Source of the DNA: Planctomycetota bacterium
Lineage (GTDB): Bacteria > Planctomycetota > UBA8742 > UBA2392
Direction: 5' to 3'
Assembly: GCA_020845475.1 (NCBI GenBank)
Contig: JADLFN010000085.1
Location: 4,913-68,912 of the forward strand
DNA: 64,000 nucleotides
Below are positions 26,442 through 38,037 of this stretch, one piece after another (within the stretch, counting starts at the first letter, position 1; every line of letters begins with the position of its first letter). The translations under genes were made by a program, and so were the position numbers. A model generated the notes under the pieces. It was not told where the DNA came from and did no database searches. It saw nothing but the letters and a program-made list of their open reading frames with translations.

Positions 26442-28235
26442 ATGCTTAGGGGAAAACTGCTCGCGGTCGCGGGCATTGTAGCCATCGGCGCATTCGCCAG
26501 CTTTGCACAGGAACGACCGGGCGCACCTTCGCCCGCGCCGGTCAGCGGCACCGTTACCAACGTGACCGCCTATCGTGGCCAGGCCATGGTCACGCGCAGC
26601 GTGGCCGTGGGCAAAGGCAAGGGTTTGATGGATGTCGTGGTCAGCGGCCTGCCCGAGCAGGTCTTTGGCGGCTCGCTCTTTGCCGATGGCGGCCAGGGCG
26701 TTGAAGTCCGCGCCGTGCGCTACCGCACGCGCGTTGTCGGCCGCGACGTCAGCAAAGAAGCCGCGTCTTTGCAGCAGGCGCTTGAGGACATCGCCATGCG
26801 CAAGCGCGAGAACGCGGCACTCACGCAGCTTGCCACGCAGCAGCTGGCTTATCTGGACAAGCTGGACAATTTCATGGCGCCCACGGCCACGGTGGAAATG
26901 AGCAAGGGCGTGCTTAACGCCGAAACAATCGAGAAGCTCACCAAGTTCAGCTTTGAAAAGCGCGCCGAAGTCACCAAGGCGCGCCTGGCCCTGACGGAAT
27001 CGCTCGTCAAGCTCACGCGCGAAGAGCAGGACACCCAGCGCAAATTGCAAATGCTCGGCGGCGGCGATTCACGCATCGAGCGCGAGGCCGTGGTGTTCGT
27101 TGACAAGCGCGTGGAGAACGAAACCACGCTCTCGCTCAGCTACCTCGTGGGCGCCGTCAACTGGCGTCCCAACTACAACATGCGCGCCGAAAGCGGCAAA
27201 GCCAACGTCAAAGTCGAATACAGCGCGCTCGTCAACCAGATGAGCGGCGAGGACTGGAGCGGCGTCGAGCTCACGCTCAGCACCGCATCGCCCGCCTTGA
27301 TCGCGCGCGGCGCAACGCTCATGCCGCTCTATATTTCACTCGTAGAGCGCGGCTCCAATCCGCAGGCGCCGCAGGATGCGCAAGCGTACAAGCAGCGCCG
27401 CAGCGACCTCAAGAAAGAACAGCAGGAGAACGCCCGTTCCGGCGCGGCTAACAAGCCTTCAAGCAGCCCTGCTGATGACCGCGCGCAGAACGAGGAAGTC
27501 GAGAAATCACTCAACCGCATCGCCGACGAAATGCAGGCGATGGAGCTGGCGGCCTCAGGCGACGTCTGGAAGCAGCGCGACGAAGCCGAGGGCGTGAGTG
27601 TGGAGTACAAGCTGCCGGGCGCCACCGGCCTGGCCAGCCGCAACGATACGCAGCTCGTGAAGATCGCCGATTTGAACCTCAAGGCCGAGTTCGCCTTCAT
27701 CGGCACGCCCGTGCTGAGCGACTATGTGTATCTCGAGGCCGAGGCCAAGAACGAATCCGAGACCGTGCTGCTCGAGGGTGCCTACACAGCCTATCTCGAC
27801 GGCCGCTTTGTGGGCCGCTCGGTGATTCCGCTCGTGGGCCGTGGCGAAAGCTTTGGCGTCGGATTTGGCATCGACAGCCAGTTGCGAGTTTCGCGTGAAC
27901 TGGTTGAGAAGAAAGACGAGATCAAGGGCGGCAATCGCGTGGTCAGCTTCAAGTATCGTCTGAGCGTTTCGAACTACAAGTCAGGCGACGTCGCGATCCG
28001 CCTGCTCGAGCGCATGCCGGCCGCACCGCGCGCCGACATCCGCATCAATCTCGTTGAGACCAACACCGAGCTGAGCAAGGACCGCCTCTACCTGCGCGAC
28101 CAGAGAAACAAAGGCCTGCTGCGCTGGGACATCACCGTGGCCAAGGGCTCAACAGGCGCCGACACTAAGGAAGTCACCTACACCTACAACATGGAGTACG
28201 ACAAGCAGATGGAGGTCGGCCCCGGCGGCCGCTAA
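26442..28235 (+). CDS. DUF4139/DUF4140-type (MuiA-like) exported protein
   Basis: Has a signal peptide. The N-terminal VTNVTAYRGQAMVTR, the central coiled coil, and the C-terminal AYLDGRFVGRSVIPLVGRGESFGVGFGID match my recollection of DUF4140/DUF4139. A GGGAGA Shine-Dalgarno is present. Confidence 0.6.
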   Translation: MLRGKLLAVAGIVAIGAFASFAQERPGAPSPAPVSGTVTNVTAYRGQAMVTRSVAVGKGKGLMDVVVSGLPEQVFGGSLFADGGQGVEVRAVRYRTRVVGRDVSKEAASLQQALEDIAMRKRENAALTQLATQQLAYLDKLDNFMAPTATVEMSKGVLNAETIEKLTKFSFEKRAEVTKARLALTESLVKLTREEQDTQRKLQMLGGGDSRIEREAVVFVDKRVENETTLSLSYLVGAVNWRPNYNMRAESGKANVKVEYSALVNQMSGEDWSGVELTLSTASPALIARGATLMPLYISLVERGSNPQAPQDAQAYKQRRSDLKKEQQENARSGAANKPSSSPADDRAQNEEVEKSLNRIADEMQAMELAASGDVWKQRDEAEGVSVEYKLPGATGLASRNDTQLVKIADLNLKAEFAFIGTPVLSDYVYLEAEAKNESETVLLEGAYTAYLDGRFVGRSVIPLVGRGESFGVGFGIDSQLRVSRELVEKKDEIKGGNRVVSFKYRLSVSNYKSGDVAIRLLERMPAAPRADIRINLVETNTELSKDRLYLRDQRNKGLLRWDITVAKGSTGADTKEVTYTYNMEYDKQMEVGPGGR

Positions 28236-28247
28236 GACCCGCACGGC

Positions 28248-28271
28248 AGGGGCGACAAACATGTCGCCCCT
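28248..28271. terminator. palindromic GGGGCGACA element, copy 1 (hairpin after the DUF4139 gene)
   Basis: AGGGGCGACA-AACA-TGTCGCCCCT, a 10-bp perfect stem 13 nt after the stop at 28235. Confidence 0.45.
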
Positions 28272-28350
28272 ACGCAAGGGCCCCGCGCAAGCGGGGGCTC
28301 TTTTCTTGAAACGGCCGATAGGCATTTGCGTCTTATTGCCGGAGGCCAAC

Positions 28351-28836
28351 ATGAAATGGTTGCTGGTGCCGGCATTGCTGCTGGCGGGGTGTACAGCCGC
28401 GCCCGTTGCGCAAGACGCGGCCAGGGGGCGGCTCGAAACGAGCATTACCGCGACCGTGATCGACGGTGGCGCAAGCGCCAAAGCCACGCGCGAGTTCTAC
28501 GAGTCACTCGGGTTGGAGGTGACGGAAGAACGCACGTCCGGACTAGAGGCCCGCACCACGCTGCGAGTCAGCGACGGCGCCACGCTCGTATGCATCGACT
28601 TCAATCGCGAATGGAAAAGAGACTGGGTTGACGAAATCGACGACTTGCCAAGACGTTCCGCCCGGCCTCAACCGCGCACTATTCATGCAAGCTGGAGTGT
28701 GAGCGTGCCCACCGAAGTGTTCAAGAGCTTGGCGCAAGGCAAAGCCGCGCCAAGAGAAATTGACGGGCGCAAAACGCTGGTGCTGACCGACCCCGCCGGA
28801 TTCACAGTGCTCGTGCGCGAGAAAACGATGGGCTGA
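28351..28836 (+). CDS. small lipoprotein, possible VOC (glyoxalase-like) fold
   Basis: Has a lipobox, LLLAGC, with a GGAGG Shine-Dalgarno upstream. TREFYESLGLEV and TLVLTDPAGFTVLV resemble VOC beta-alpha-beta-beta-beta modules, but weakly. Confidence 0.45.
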   Translation: MKWLLVPALLLAGCTAAPVAQDAARGRLETSITATVIDGGASAKATREFYESLGLEVTEERTSGLEARTTLRVSDGATLVCIDFNREWKRDWVDEIDDLPRRSARPQPRTIHASWSVSVPTEVFKSLAQGKAAPREIDGRKTLVLTDPAGFTVLVREKTMG

Positions 28837-28854
28837 TCACAGGCCCAGGCAGGG

Positions 28855-28882
28855 GTAGGGGCGACATATGTGTCGCCCCTAC
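28855..28882. terminator. palindromic GGGGCGACA element, copy 2 (between convergent genes)
   Basis: GTAGGGGCGACA-TATG-TGTCGCCCCTAC, a 12-bp perfect stem between the stop at 28836 (+) and the stop at 28897 (-). Confidence 0.45.
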
Positions 28883-28896
28883 GATATTGGAGGAGA

Positions 28897-31797
28897 TCAC
28901 CGGCCCTCGAAGCGAACAACGCACTCCTTGCCGGGCTCAACCGTCACGATCTTGCAGGCACTGTCAGGAGCCCCGGGCCAGGGGATGATCTTGTAGCGGC
29001 CGGGAGGTACGGCCAATTTTCCTGAACCCTTGCGTGGTTTGAGCGAAAGCTCGCGGGACCAAAGCGCTCGGGGCATGAGCGCGCCCATTGCGCAAATGCC
29101 GCCCGCTCCGATGTCCAGCGCCCTGATGCCGATCTCCGTGTTGTCCAACCACCATGGGTCTCGCTGTTCACCGACCAGCGCCTTGCCGCTCAACTCGAGT
29201 CTCAGACTGCCATACGGAACGTACGACCCTGAGTCCAACTCGATTGTTTGATCACAACCGGCCACAACAAGGCTGAAGACCGCCCACTCGAAGGAGCGCG
29301 GCTCGTTGGAAGCGTTGCGAGGTTGCAGCCGAAGGACGTAGAGCGTCCACGGGCCATCGCGAAGAAAGAACTCTGCCTTGGTTGTGCGGTCGATTTGTAG
29401 GAAGTCGTAAGAGCCATCCGGCGCTATGGCCATCGCGCTAGAGTACTCGTGCGATCCATTGGAGTAGTCCAGCCTGACAGCACTTGGTTGCCACGCAGCG
29501 AACTCCCTTGGCAGCAGTCGAACGGTTCCGGGAAATTCCAGTATCCGGTTTACATCGTTGTCGCCAAACGCGAACGAAACGACGTGCCGGCCCGGCGGAG
29601 CCACGAGAAACATGGTGCGGTCGTCGGTTGCCCACAGGAACTGTCGCTCGCTTTCCAGCGTCCAGCACTTCTCGTTCACCTCACCAACGTCGGAAATGTC
29701 ATCGAGCGTCTGCACCAGGTTGTAGGTCACGGCGGCTCGACATTCGGTGCGGGATTGCTCGTCGCTCAGGACCCAGTTCAGTACAGCCATGCCTGGCAGG
29801 TTTGCCAAACTGAACTCGACGCGGCTTTGCGCGCGCAAGTCAACTGTTCCTCCTACTGCGTCCCGCCTACCCCGCAGCGTCCAGTGATAGACGCCGCGCG
29901 GAATCTGCCAGTTATTGATTCGTCCCGGGGCGAGGTCGGAAATCGAGAAATCCTCCTCTGGACCATCCTCAATCATGGCATGCAAGACATGCGCGAAAAC
30001 GGCGGCAAGTCCAGGTGGATTTTCGCCGGGGTAAGGCAAAGCGTCGTCGGCGGGTTCAAGGGTGAGGGCAATAGCATCGTTTTCACCGCCCAGAATCTGC
30101 GCCAATTCGGCTGAAATCGAAAACGCAACGGTTGAAAGGACAACGCTGAGCTCGGTTTCAAGTTCACAGCCTGGGACGATGGAGAAACGCATTGCCGGTG
30201 CGCCCGCTATGGAGGCCTCATAATCACCCTCGGGCAGCAGTCTCCAATCGTCATCGGTCATGCCATGGAGTGTGGTTCCATCATGGCTGTCGATCAGGCG
30301 CAGTCCGCTGGTGCTTTGAACGCGCACATGCTCAGTCATCGCAGTACTGCCGAAAATGCGCGCTCGCCATTTGCCGAGGACCCCCTTACCGCAACGCAGC
30401 GTGAGTCCCTCTCTTGCTCCTGATTTAAGCGCGAGTGCCTGGGCACAGTGCTCGGCATCAAACACCCAGATGCCTTCCCGCAGGCCTTCGATAGTGAAGT
30501 GCCAAGGCCCGCTACCAGACGGTGTGCACTCGCGCGTTGCGCTGATTCCATGGCCCAGACTGCGGCCGTAAGGATCCGCGGCGGATACGGAAATGTTCAA
30601 TTTCTCAGGTGGTGGCTCGCCGACCCAGTCGATTATCAAATCCACGCTTGCCGTCTTGTCGTTGGGCAGAGCGAGGCTCACTTCGCCATCGCTTTGAATA
30701 AGCGTGATGAGTTGCGTGATGAAACCATGGGCAGGGTGCCACGCGCCCAAGACCCACTCGCCGCGCGGCAGTTCGGCGATTTCAAAGCGGCCTTGGGCGC
30801 CGCTTGTTTCTGTCCAGAACGTGGCCCATTTGCTCGCCGCGGTGTATCGGAACCGGTCAGGCCGCGAGTGCTCTCCGTGGGGTTCGATAGCCGCGCCTTT
30901 TATTGCGCTGATCGTAGGGCGCTCGTCCTCGAATTGGCGCTGGATGATCTTGGCCGTGCGCGTTCCCGGCCGCTCCCAGGCCTCATCGTTGGGCGGGATG
31001 TCCATGTAGTAGTAAGACCATTCCTGCAGGAACGCGTCGTTCTGGTGGCCGCGGTGTGGCACGGCGAATACACCTGCGCCGGGCACGGGCTTGCCGTTGG
31101 CATCCACGACCGTGCCGGTCACCTTGCGCATCTTGCGCAGGCGAACGTCGATGATCTCGGCGTACTTGCCGTGCGCGAAGGCAAGCAACGGTAGCTGAAG
31201 TTCCTCGGTCGACGTTTCTGGCTCGTAGTTCTTCGCGAGCGGGTAGGGGCAATTCAGCAGATCTCCTTCGGACACCTGTAAATCGGCATCGTCGGGCAGC
31301 GGCGGCTCACCGGGTTTTGGTTCGCTGCTGGGTTGCCTTGAATAGTCGCGATACGTCCCCACGAACAGGCCCTCGGCATTGGTCTTGGCGTCACCGAAAC
31401 TGTTGGAAGCCCGCCACCAAACACGCTCGTCGTAAGTGTAGAACGACGCAAAGGTCGCGGGCGTGTTCACTATCGGCCGATTGGTTTCCGCATCCAGCAA
31501 CCGGAACCAGACCTTGTTTGACGCTGGGTTATTTTTCGTGGCCGGTTTCGGCGGCGGTTCTTTGAGCGGTGGCAATTCCGGCGTAGCCGTAGCCGGCACA
31601 ATCGCCGGCACGCGCTGCTTGGATGTGTCGGCAGCCGGCCCATCGGACTCGCCACGTTGCCGCATGGGTGCGGATGTTGTTCCGCCCGCTTGAAGCGCGA
31701 ACAGGGCCGCCATGAGCGCTGCCAGCACGAGCGCTATCAATGACACAATTTGCCAGCGTGAGCGCATGTATTGCTGAGGGGAAGCGTTGCGGGGCAC
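28897..31797 (-). CDS. large N-terminally anchored hypothetical protein with carboxypeptidase-regulatory-like beta-sandwich segment(s)
   Basis: The 966-aa ORF starts at GTG 31797; an alternative ATG is at 31767. It has the TM helix IVSLIALVLAALMAALFAL and a Pro-rich linker. VTGTVVDANGKPVPGAGVF is a CarboxypepD_reg-like motif. The rest is an orphan. Confidence 0.6.
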   Translation of the reverse strand: MPRNASPQQYMRSRWQIVSLIALVLAALMAALFALQAGGTTSAPMRQRGESDGPAADTSKQRVPAIVPATATPELPPLKEPPPKPATKNNPASNKVWFRLLDAETNRPIVNTPATFASFYTYDERVWWRASNSFGDAKTNAEGLFVGTYRDYSRQPSSEPKPGEPPLPDDADLQVSEGDLLNCPYPLAKNYEPETSTEELQLPLLAFAHGKYAEIIDVRLRKMRKVTGTVVDANGKPVPGAGVFAVPHRGHQNDAFLQEWSYYYMDIPPNDEAWERPGTRTAKIIQRQFEDERPTISAIKGAAIEPHGEHSRPDRFRYTAASKWATFWTETSGAQGRFEIAELPRGEWVLGAWHPAHGFITQLITLIQSDGEVSLALPNDKTASVDLIIDWVGEPPPEKLNISVSAADPYGRSLGHGISATRECTPSGSGPWHFTIEGLREGIWVFDAEHCAQALALKSGAREGLTLRCGKGVLGKWRARIFGSTAMTEHVRVQSTSGLRLIDSHDGTTLHGMTDDDWRLLPEGDYEASIAGAPAMRFSIVPGCELETELSVVLSTVAFSISAELAQILGGENDAIALTLEPADDALPYPGENPPGLAAVFAHVLHAMIEDGPEEDFSISDLAPGRINNWQIPRGVYHWTLRGRRDAVGGTVDLRAQSRVEFSLANLPGMAVLNWVLSDEQSRTECRAAVTYNLVQTLDDISDVGEVNEKCWTLESERQFLWATDDRTMFLVAPPGRHVVSFAFGDNDVNRILEFPGTVRLLPREFAAWQPSAVRLDYSNGSHEYSSAMAIAPDGSYDFLQIDRTTKAEFFLRDGPWTLYVLRLQPRNASNEPRSFEWAVFSLVVAGCDQTIELDSGSYVPYGSLRLELSGKALVGEQRDPWWLDNTEIGIRALDIGAGGICAMGALMPRALWSRELSLKPRKGSGKLAVPPGRYKIIPWPGAPDSACKIVTVEPGKECVVRFEGR

Positions 31798-31803
31798 TCA
31801 CGT

Positions 31804-31812
31804 ATTCTACCA
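31804..31812 (-). promoter_or_regulatory. extended -10-like TGgTAGAAT, 6 nt upstream of GTG 31797
   Basis: The minus strand reads TGGTAGAATACGTGAGTG. The predicted transcript start coincides with the GTG that opens the 966-aa ORF. Confidence 0.3.
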
Positions 31813-31857
31813 CACGCGGCGATGGTGCAACGGCGTTCACGGGCCGGGAGGCCCGTG

Positions 31858-32286
31858 CTACATGATCGAGAGGTCGAAGCCTTTTTCGAGTGTGACGCCC
31901 ATGCCGCCTTGTTTTTGGCCTACTCTTACCGGCTTGGCGGTGGCCTTGACGCCTTTGAAGGGGCCGTCGAGGATCTGGAAGATGATCCTCTTGAACTCGC
32001 CCAGTTCTTCGGGCTTCACGCCTGCCATGGTCTCTTCAATTTCGATGCCCATCAGGAACGCGCCATCGAGAGAGAGGTCGCGCAGCAGCGCCCTTCCTTT
32101 ACACAGCTCTTTATCGTTGGGGCCCAGCAGTGTGAGCGTGATCGGCACATCAAGGCTGGCGCGCTGGAAGCGGCGGCGGTCGCGGGCGTCGAAATCAAAT
32201 GAGCCAGCCTGCTCGTCCTTGCCGAAGTCGAGCTCATCGGGGTTGATCTCGCGCAGACGTCCGCTATGCCCGGCGTTTTCTGCCAT
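31858..32286 (-). CDS. PilZ-domain protein (putative c-di-GMP receptor)
   Basis: RRRFQR gives the RxxxR motif and DLSLDG gives D/NxSxxG, at typical spacing. Start chosen at MAENAGHSG. Confidence 0.65.
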   Translation of the reverse strand: MAENAGHSGRLREINPDELDFGKDEQAGSFDFDARDRRRFQRASLDVPITLTLLGPNDKELCKGRALLRDLSLDGAFLMGIEIEETMAGVKPEELGEFKRIIFQILDGPFKGVKATAKPVRVGQKQGGMGVTLEKGFDLSIM

Positions 32287-32524
32287 TTGATTGCCCTGAA
32301 CGCACATCGCCCGCGGGATTCTAGCGTCTGGCGCGAACTTCCACGCGCCAAAACATGCCATATTGCCGTAAACGAGAAGCGCGTCGCAGGGTTCCCTATC
32401 GACGTTCGTCACTGCGCGGGGTCGAACATGTCCAAACCGACATAATTAGCATAGTTTTGGTTTTTTATGTTGTTGGAGACTTTGCAATGTTGCATGATAT
32501 GGCTACTCAATAGCGGAGACTCCC

Positions 32525-35623
<3,099 letters not shown>

Positions 35624-35658
35624 CCAGGCGAGGTTTTCAGGGTTGATGCTGCCTGGCA

Positions 35659-36651
35659 CTACTTTGCTTTCAGTGATTCTTCCATGGAGGCCATCAGCGT
35701 TTTGGATTCTGCGGCGTACACGCTGTCCGGGTATTTTCCGGCGAACCATTTCAGCGCGGCTATGCGCGAGGCACGGTCTTTCTTCTTGTAGTCGGCCTGC
35801 ATTTTCTTGAAGGCTTCCCCTGCCTTGATGCCGGCCTTGGCGGCTTTGTCGTTCTTCAATGCCTTGAGGTCGGTGTCGGCCTTCTGGCCGATCTCGTGGT
35901 CTTTGAACTCGCTGATCATGCGCTCGTAAAGTTCGACGGCCTCGAGGAAGTGCTTGCTTTCGATAGCCGCGTCGATGCGTGCCTGCAACGCAGTGGCAAG
36001 TGCCTTTGCGCGCGCGATGACATGCTCGGCGTCGGCTTTGGTTGCGGCATCGGTACTTTCGGCGGGCTTGACGGCCATGTTCAGCGCGCGGCCATAGGCG
36101 CGCTTCATGAAATTGGCGGCGCATTCCTCGACGGGTTTGACGACGCTCTGCTTTCCCAGGCCGGGGTAGATGCACTTCTTGAGCTCGGCCTCTGCAACTT
36201 CTTTCCATCCGGCCATGCCGTAAAACGCAATCTTGCCATCGACACCGATGACAGTGGCGCGGAAGTCTTTTTCCGCCTTGTAGTCGTCAAAGTTTGAAGC
36301 GGCATAGAAACCGCCAATGGGCACGCAGAAGCTGAAGTCGTTTTCGTCCATGAACTCGACGACATCCCAGTACTTGCGGTGATCAAGCCGGTGGATTGCG
36401 AAGACGTGGAAACCCTTGCCGCCGCGCTCGCTCCAGAGTTTCTGGATTTGCGGCAGATCCTTGTTGCTGTTGATATCGCGCGTCTCCCACTCGTAGATCA
36501 GCACGACGTCGCCGGCGCATTTTTCGAGCGTGTCGCACTCGGGCATGTTGATGACTTCACCCTTGAGTTTCCACTTGGGCGCAGCATCACCCACTTTGGG
36601 CTCAGCGCAGAGCGGCGCGGCCAGCAGCAGCGCGAACAGGAACACACGCAT
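35659..36651 (-). CDS. secreted thioredoxin-fold (TlpA/redoxin-like) protein lacking CxxC, with helical C-terminal domain
   Basis: Has a signal peptide, MRVFLFALLLAAPLCA, and a GGAGG Shine-Dalgarno. It shows the redoxin pattern VGDAAPKW...VVLIYEWETRD, where the WCxxC motif would normally sit. The C-terminal half is helical/TPR-like. Confidence 0.55.
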   Translation of the reverse strand: MRVFLFALLLAAPLCAEPKVGDAAPKWKLKGEVINMPECDTLEKCAGDVVLIYEWETRDINSNKDLPQIQKLWSERGGKGFHVFAIHRLDHRKYWDVVEFMDENDFSFCVPIGGFYAASNFDDYKAEKDFRATVIGVDGKIAFYGMAGWKEVAEAELKKCIYPGLGKQSVVKPVEECAANFMKRAYGRALNMAVKPAESTDAATKADAEHVIARAKALATALQARIDAAIESKHFLEAVELYERMISEFKDHEIGQKADTDLKALKNDKAAKAGIKAGEAFKKMQADYKKKDRASRIAALKWFAGKYPDSVYAAESKTLMASMEESLKAK

Positions 36652-36742
36652 GGGTTGCCTCCAGGCGCAGTGTAGCAAAGCGCGGCTTGCCGGGAAAAAG
36701 CACGCCCGGGCACAATGACCCGGGCGTAGGGATTTCGGACGG

Positions 36743-37984
36743 CTACTTGGTGTGGATTTGCAGCTCGTATTGCTTGCCGCCAAAGCGGGTGACGGTGAGT
36801 TTGATGCTGCCGTCGATTTTCTCGATGATCTCCCAGAATTTGTCTGGCGTGCAATCGGCGGCAATCGCGGTGTCGCCAACTTTCAGGATCAGGTCGCCGT
36901 TTTTGAGGCCGGCCTTTTCGCACATGCTTTCGGCGTCGGGCTTGGCGCTGACCATGATGCCGCCCTTGGCTTCGCCGTAGTTGCCGCGCAGCACTTTATC
37001 GTCCACGGCAATCACGCGCGTGAGGCCGCGCCAGTTGTGCTTCTTGATTTCGGGCTCGGGCAGGGGCTCCTCGGTGGGTTTGGGCTCGGCGGGTTTTTCG
37101 GTGGGGGGCTTTTCGACCGGGGGCTTTTCGGCGGGTTTCTCGACGGGCTTGCCGAAGTTCGGGTCGGCCATCTTCTCCTGCGCCTTTTTGATGGCCGGTG
37201 CGAATTTCGCGGGCGTCATCAGCACGCGGTTGCCCAGCATTTTGGCCGGGTCGCCCATACCGCCGAGGATGCCGCCGATTCCGCCGGCGGGGCTCGCGTC
37301 CGTTGAAGGCTTTTGCGCAATCACGCCCAGCACGTTGCCGCTGTAGGTCACCACGATGCCGCCCAGGCAATCCTGGATGCTGCCATCGAGGCCGTAATAC
37401 TTGCCATCTTCGATCACGCTGTTGATGCGCGCCGTCTTGAAGAAGCGCGCGTGGTTGAGCGTGGCATCGTAAGCGCCGAGAATGACCACTTCTTCGCCGA
37501 TCGCTGGCACTGCCGCTTTCTCCGGCCAGGCCAGTGCTGCGGGTGCCTTGCCTTCTTCAAACTTGCCGGCAAAGAAGCGCAGGTTGCACTCGGAATCCTC
37601 GTTCACGTTCAGGGCATCAACGGTTGTTTTTCCCTGGGCCACTTTGAAGCCTTCGGGGCCGCTGCTTTGCGTGCCGCCGCCGCGCCCGCCGCGACCACCA
37701 AACATGCCGGCCAGCCCGCCCATCGGGTTATTGAAGGGCTGCGCGGAGACCGCAATCAGGCCTTTATCGCCGACCATGATGCCCGTAGCCGCGCCGGGCG
37801 ATTCGATTTCCTGGCCCATGGCGCTGGTCTTGGTGAACCAGGTGAGGGTGACGATCTTGCCCTCGAATTTAGCCATGAGGCCGCGCAGGGCCTCGGCCTT
37901 GGGGTCGGGTTTTTCTTCGGCGGCGGCGGGAACAGTGAACGCGCCCAGAGCAAGCAGCAGCGCCAGCGAGGCAACAAGCTTCAT
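36743..37984 (-). CDS. secreted HtrA-like (trypsin fold, apparently non-catalytic) protein with C-terminal PDZ domain
   Basis: Has a signal peptide, MKLVASLALLLALGAFTVPAAA. The protease-like core reads IQDCLGGIVV at the position of GNSGG. A Pro/Glu/Lys linker leads to a PDZ-like segment, GGIMVSAKPDAESMCEKAGLKNGDLILKVGD. Confidence 0.6.
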   Translation of the reverse strand: MKLVASLALLLALGAFTVPAAAEEKPDPKAEALRGLMAKFEGKIVTLTWFTKTSAMGQEIESPGAATGIMVGDKGLIAVSAQPFNNPMGGLAGMFGGRGGRGGGTQSSGPEGFKVAQGKTTVDALNVNEDSECNLRFFAGKFEEGKAPAALAWPEKAAVPAIGEEVVILGAYDATLNHARFFKTARINSVIEDGKYYGLDGSIQDCLGGIVVTYSGNVLGVIAQKPSTDASPAGGIGGILGGMGDPAKMLGNRVLMTPAKFAPAIKKAQEKMADPNFGKPVEKPAEKPPVEKPPTEKPAEPKPTEEPLPEPEIKKHNWRGLTRVIAVDDKVLRGNYGEAKGGIMVSAKPDAESMCEKAGLKNGDLILKVGDTAIAADCTPDKFWEIIEKIDGSIKLTVTRFGGKQYELQIHTK

Positions 37985-38037
37985 GGGAATCTCCGGAGTG
38001 TGGAAATAGTGCGGCCCAAAGCGGATTTCTCACGGCC

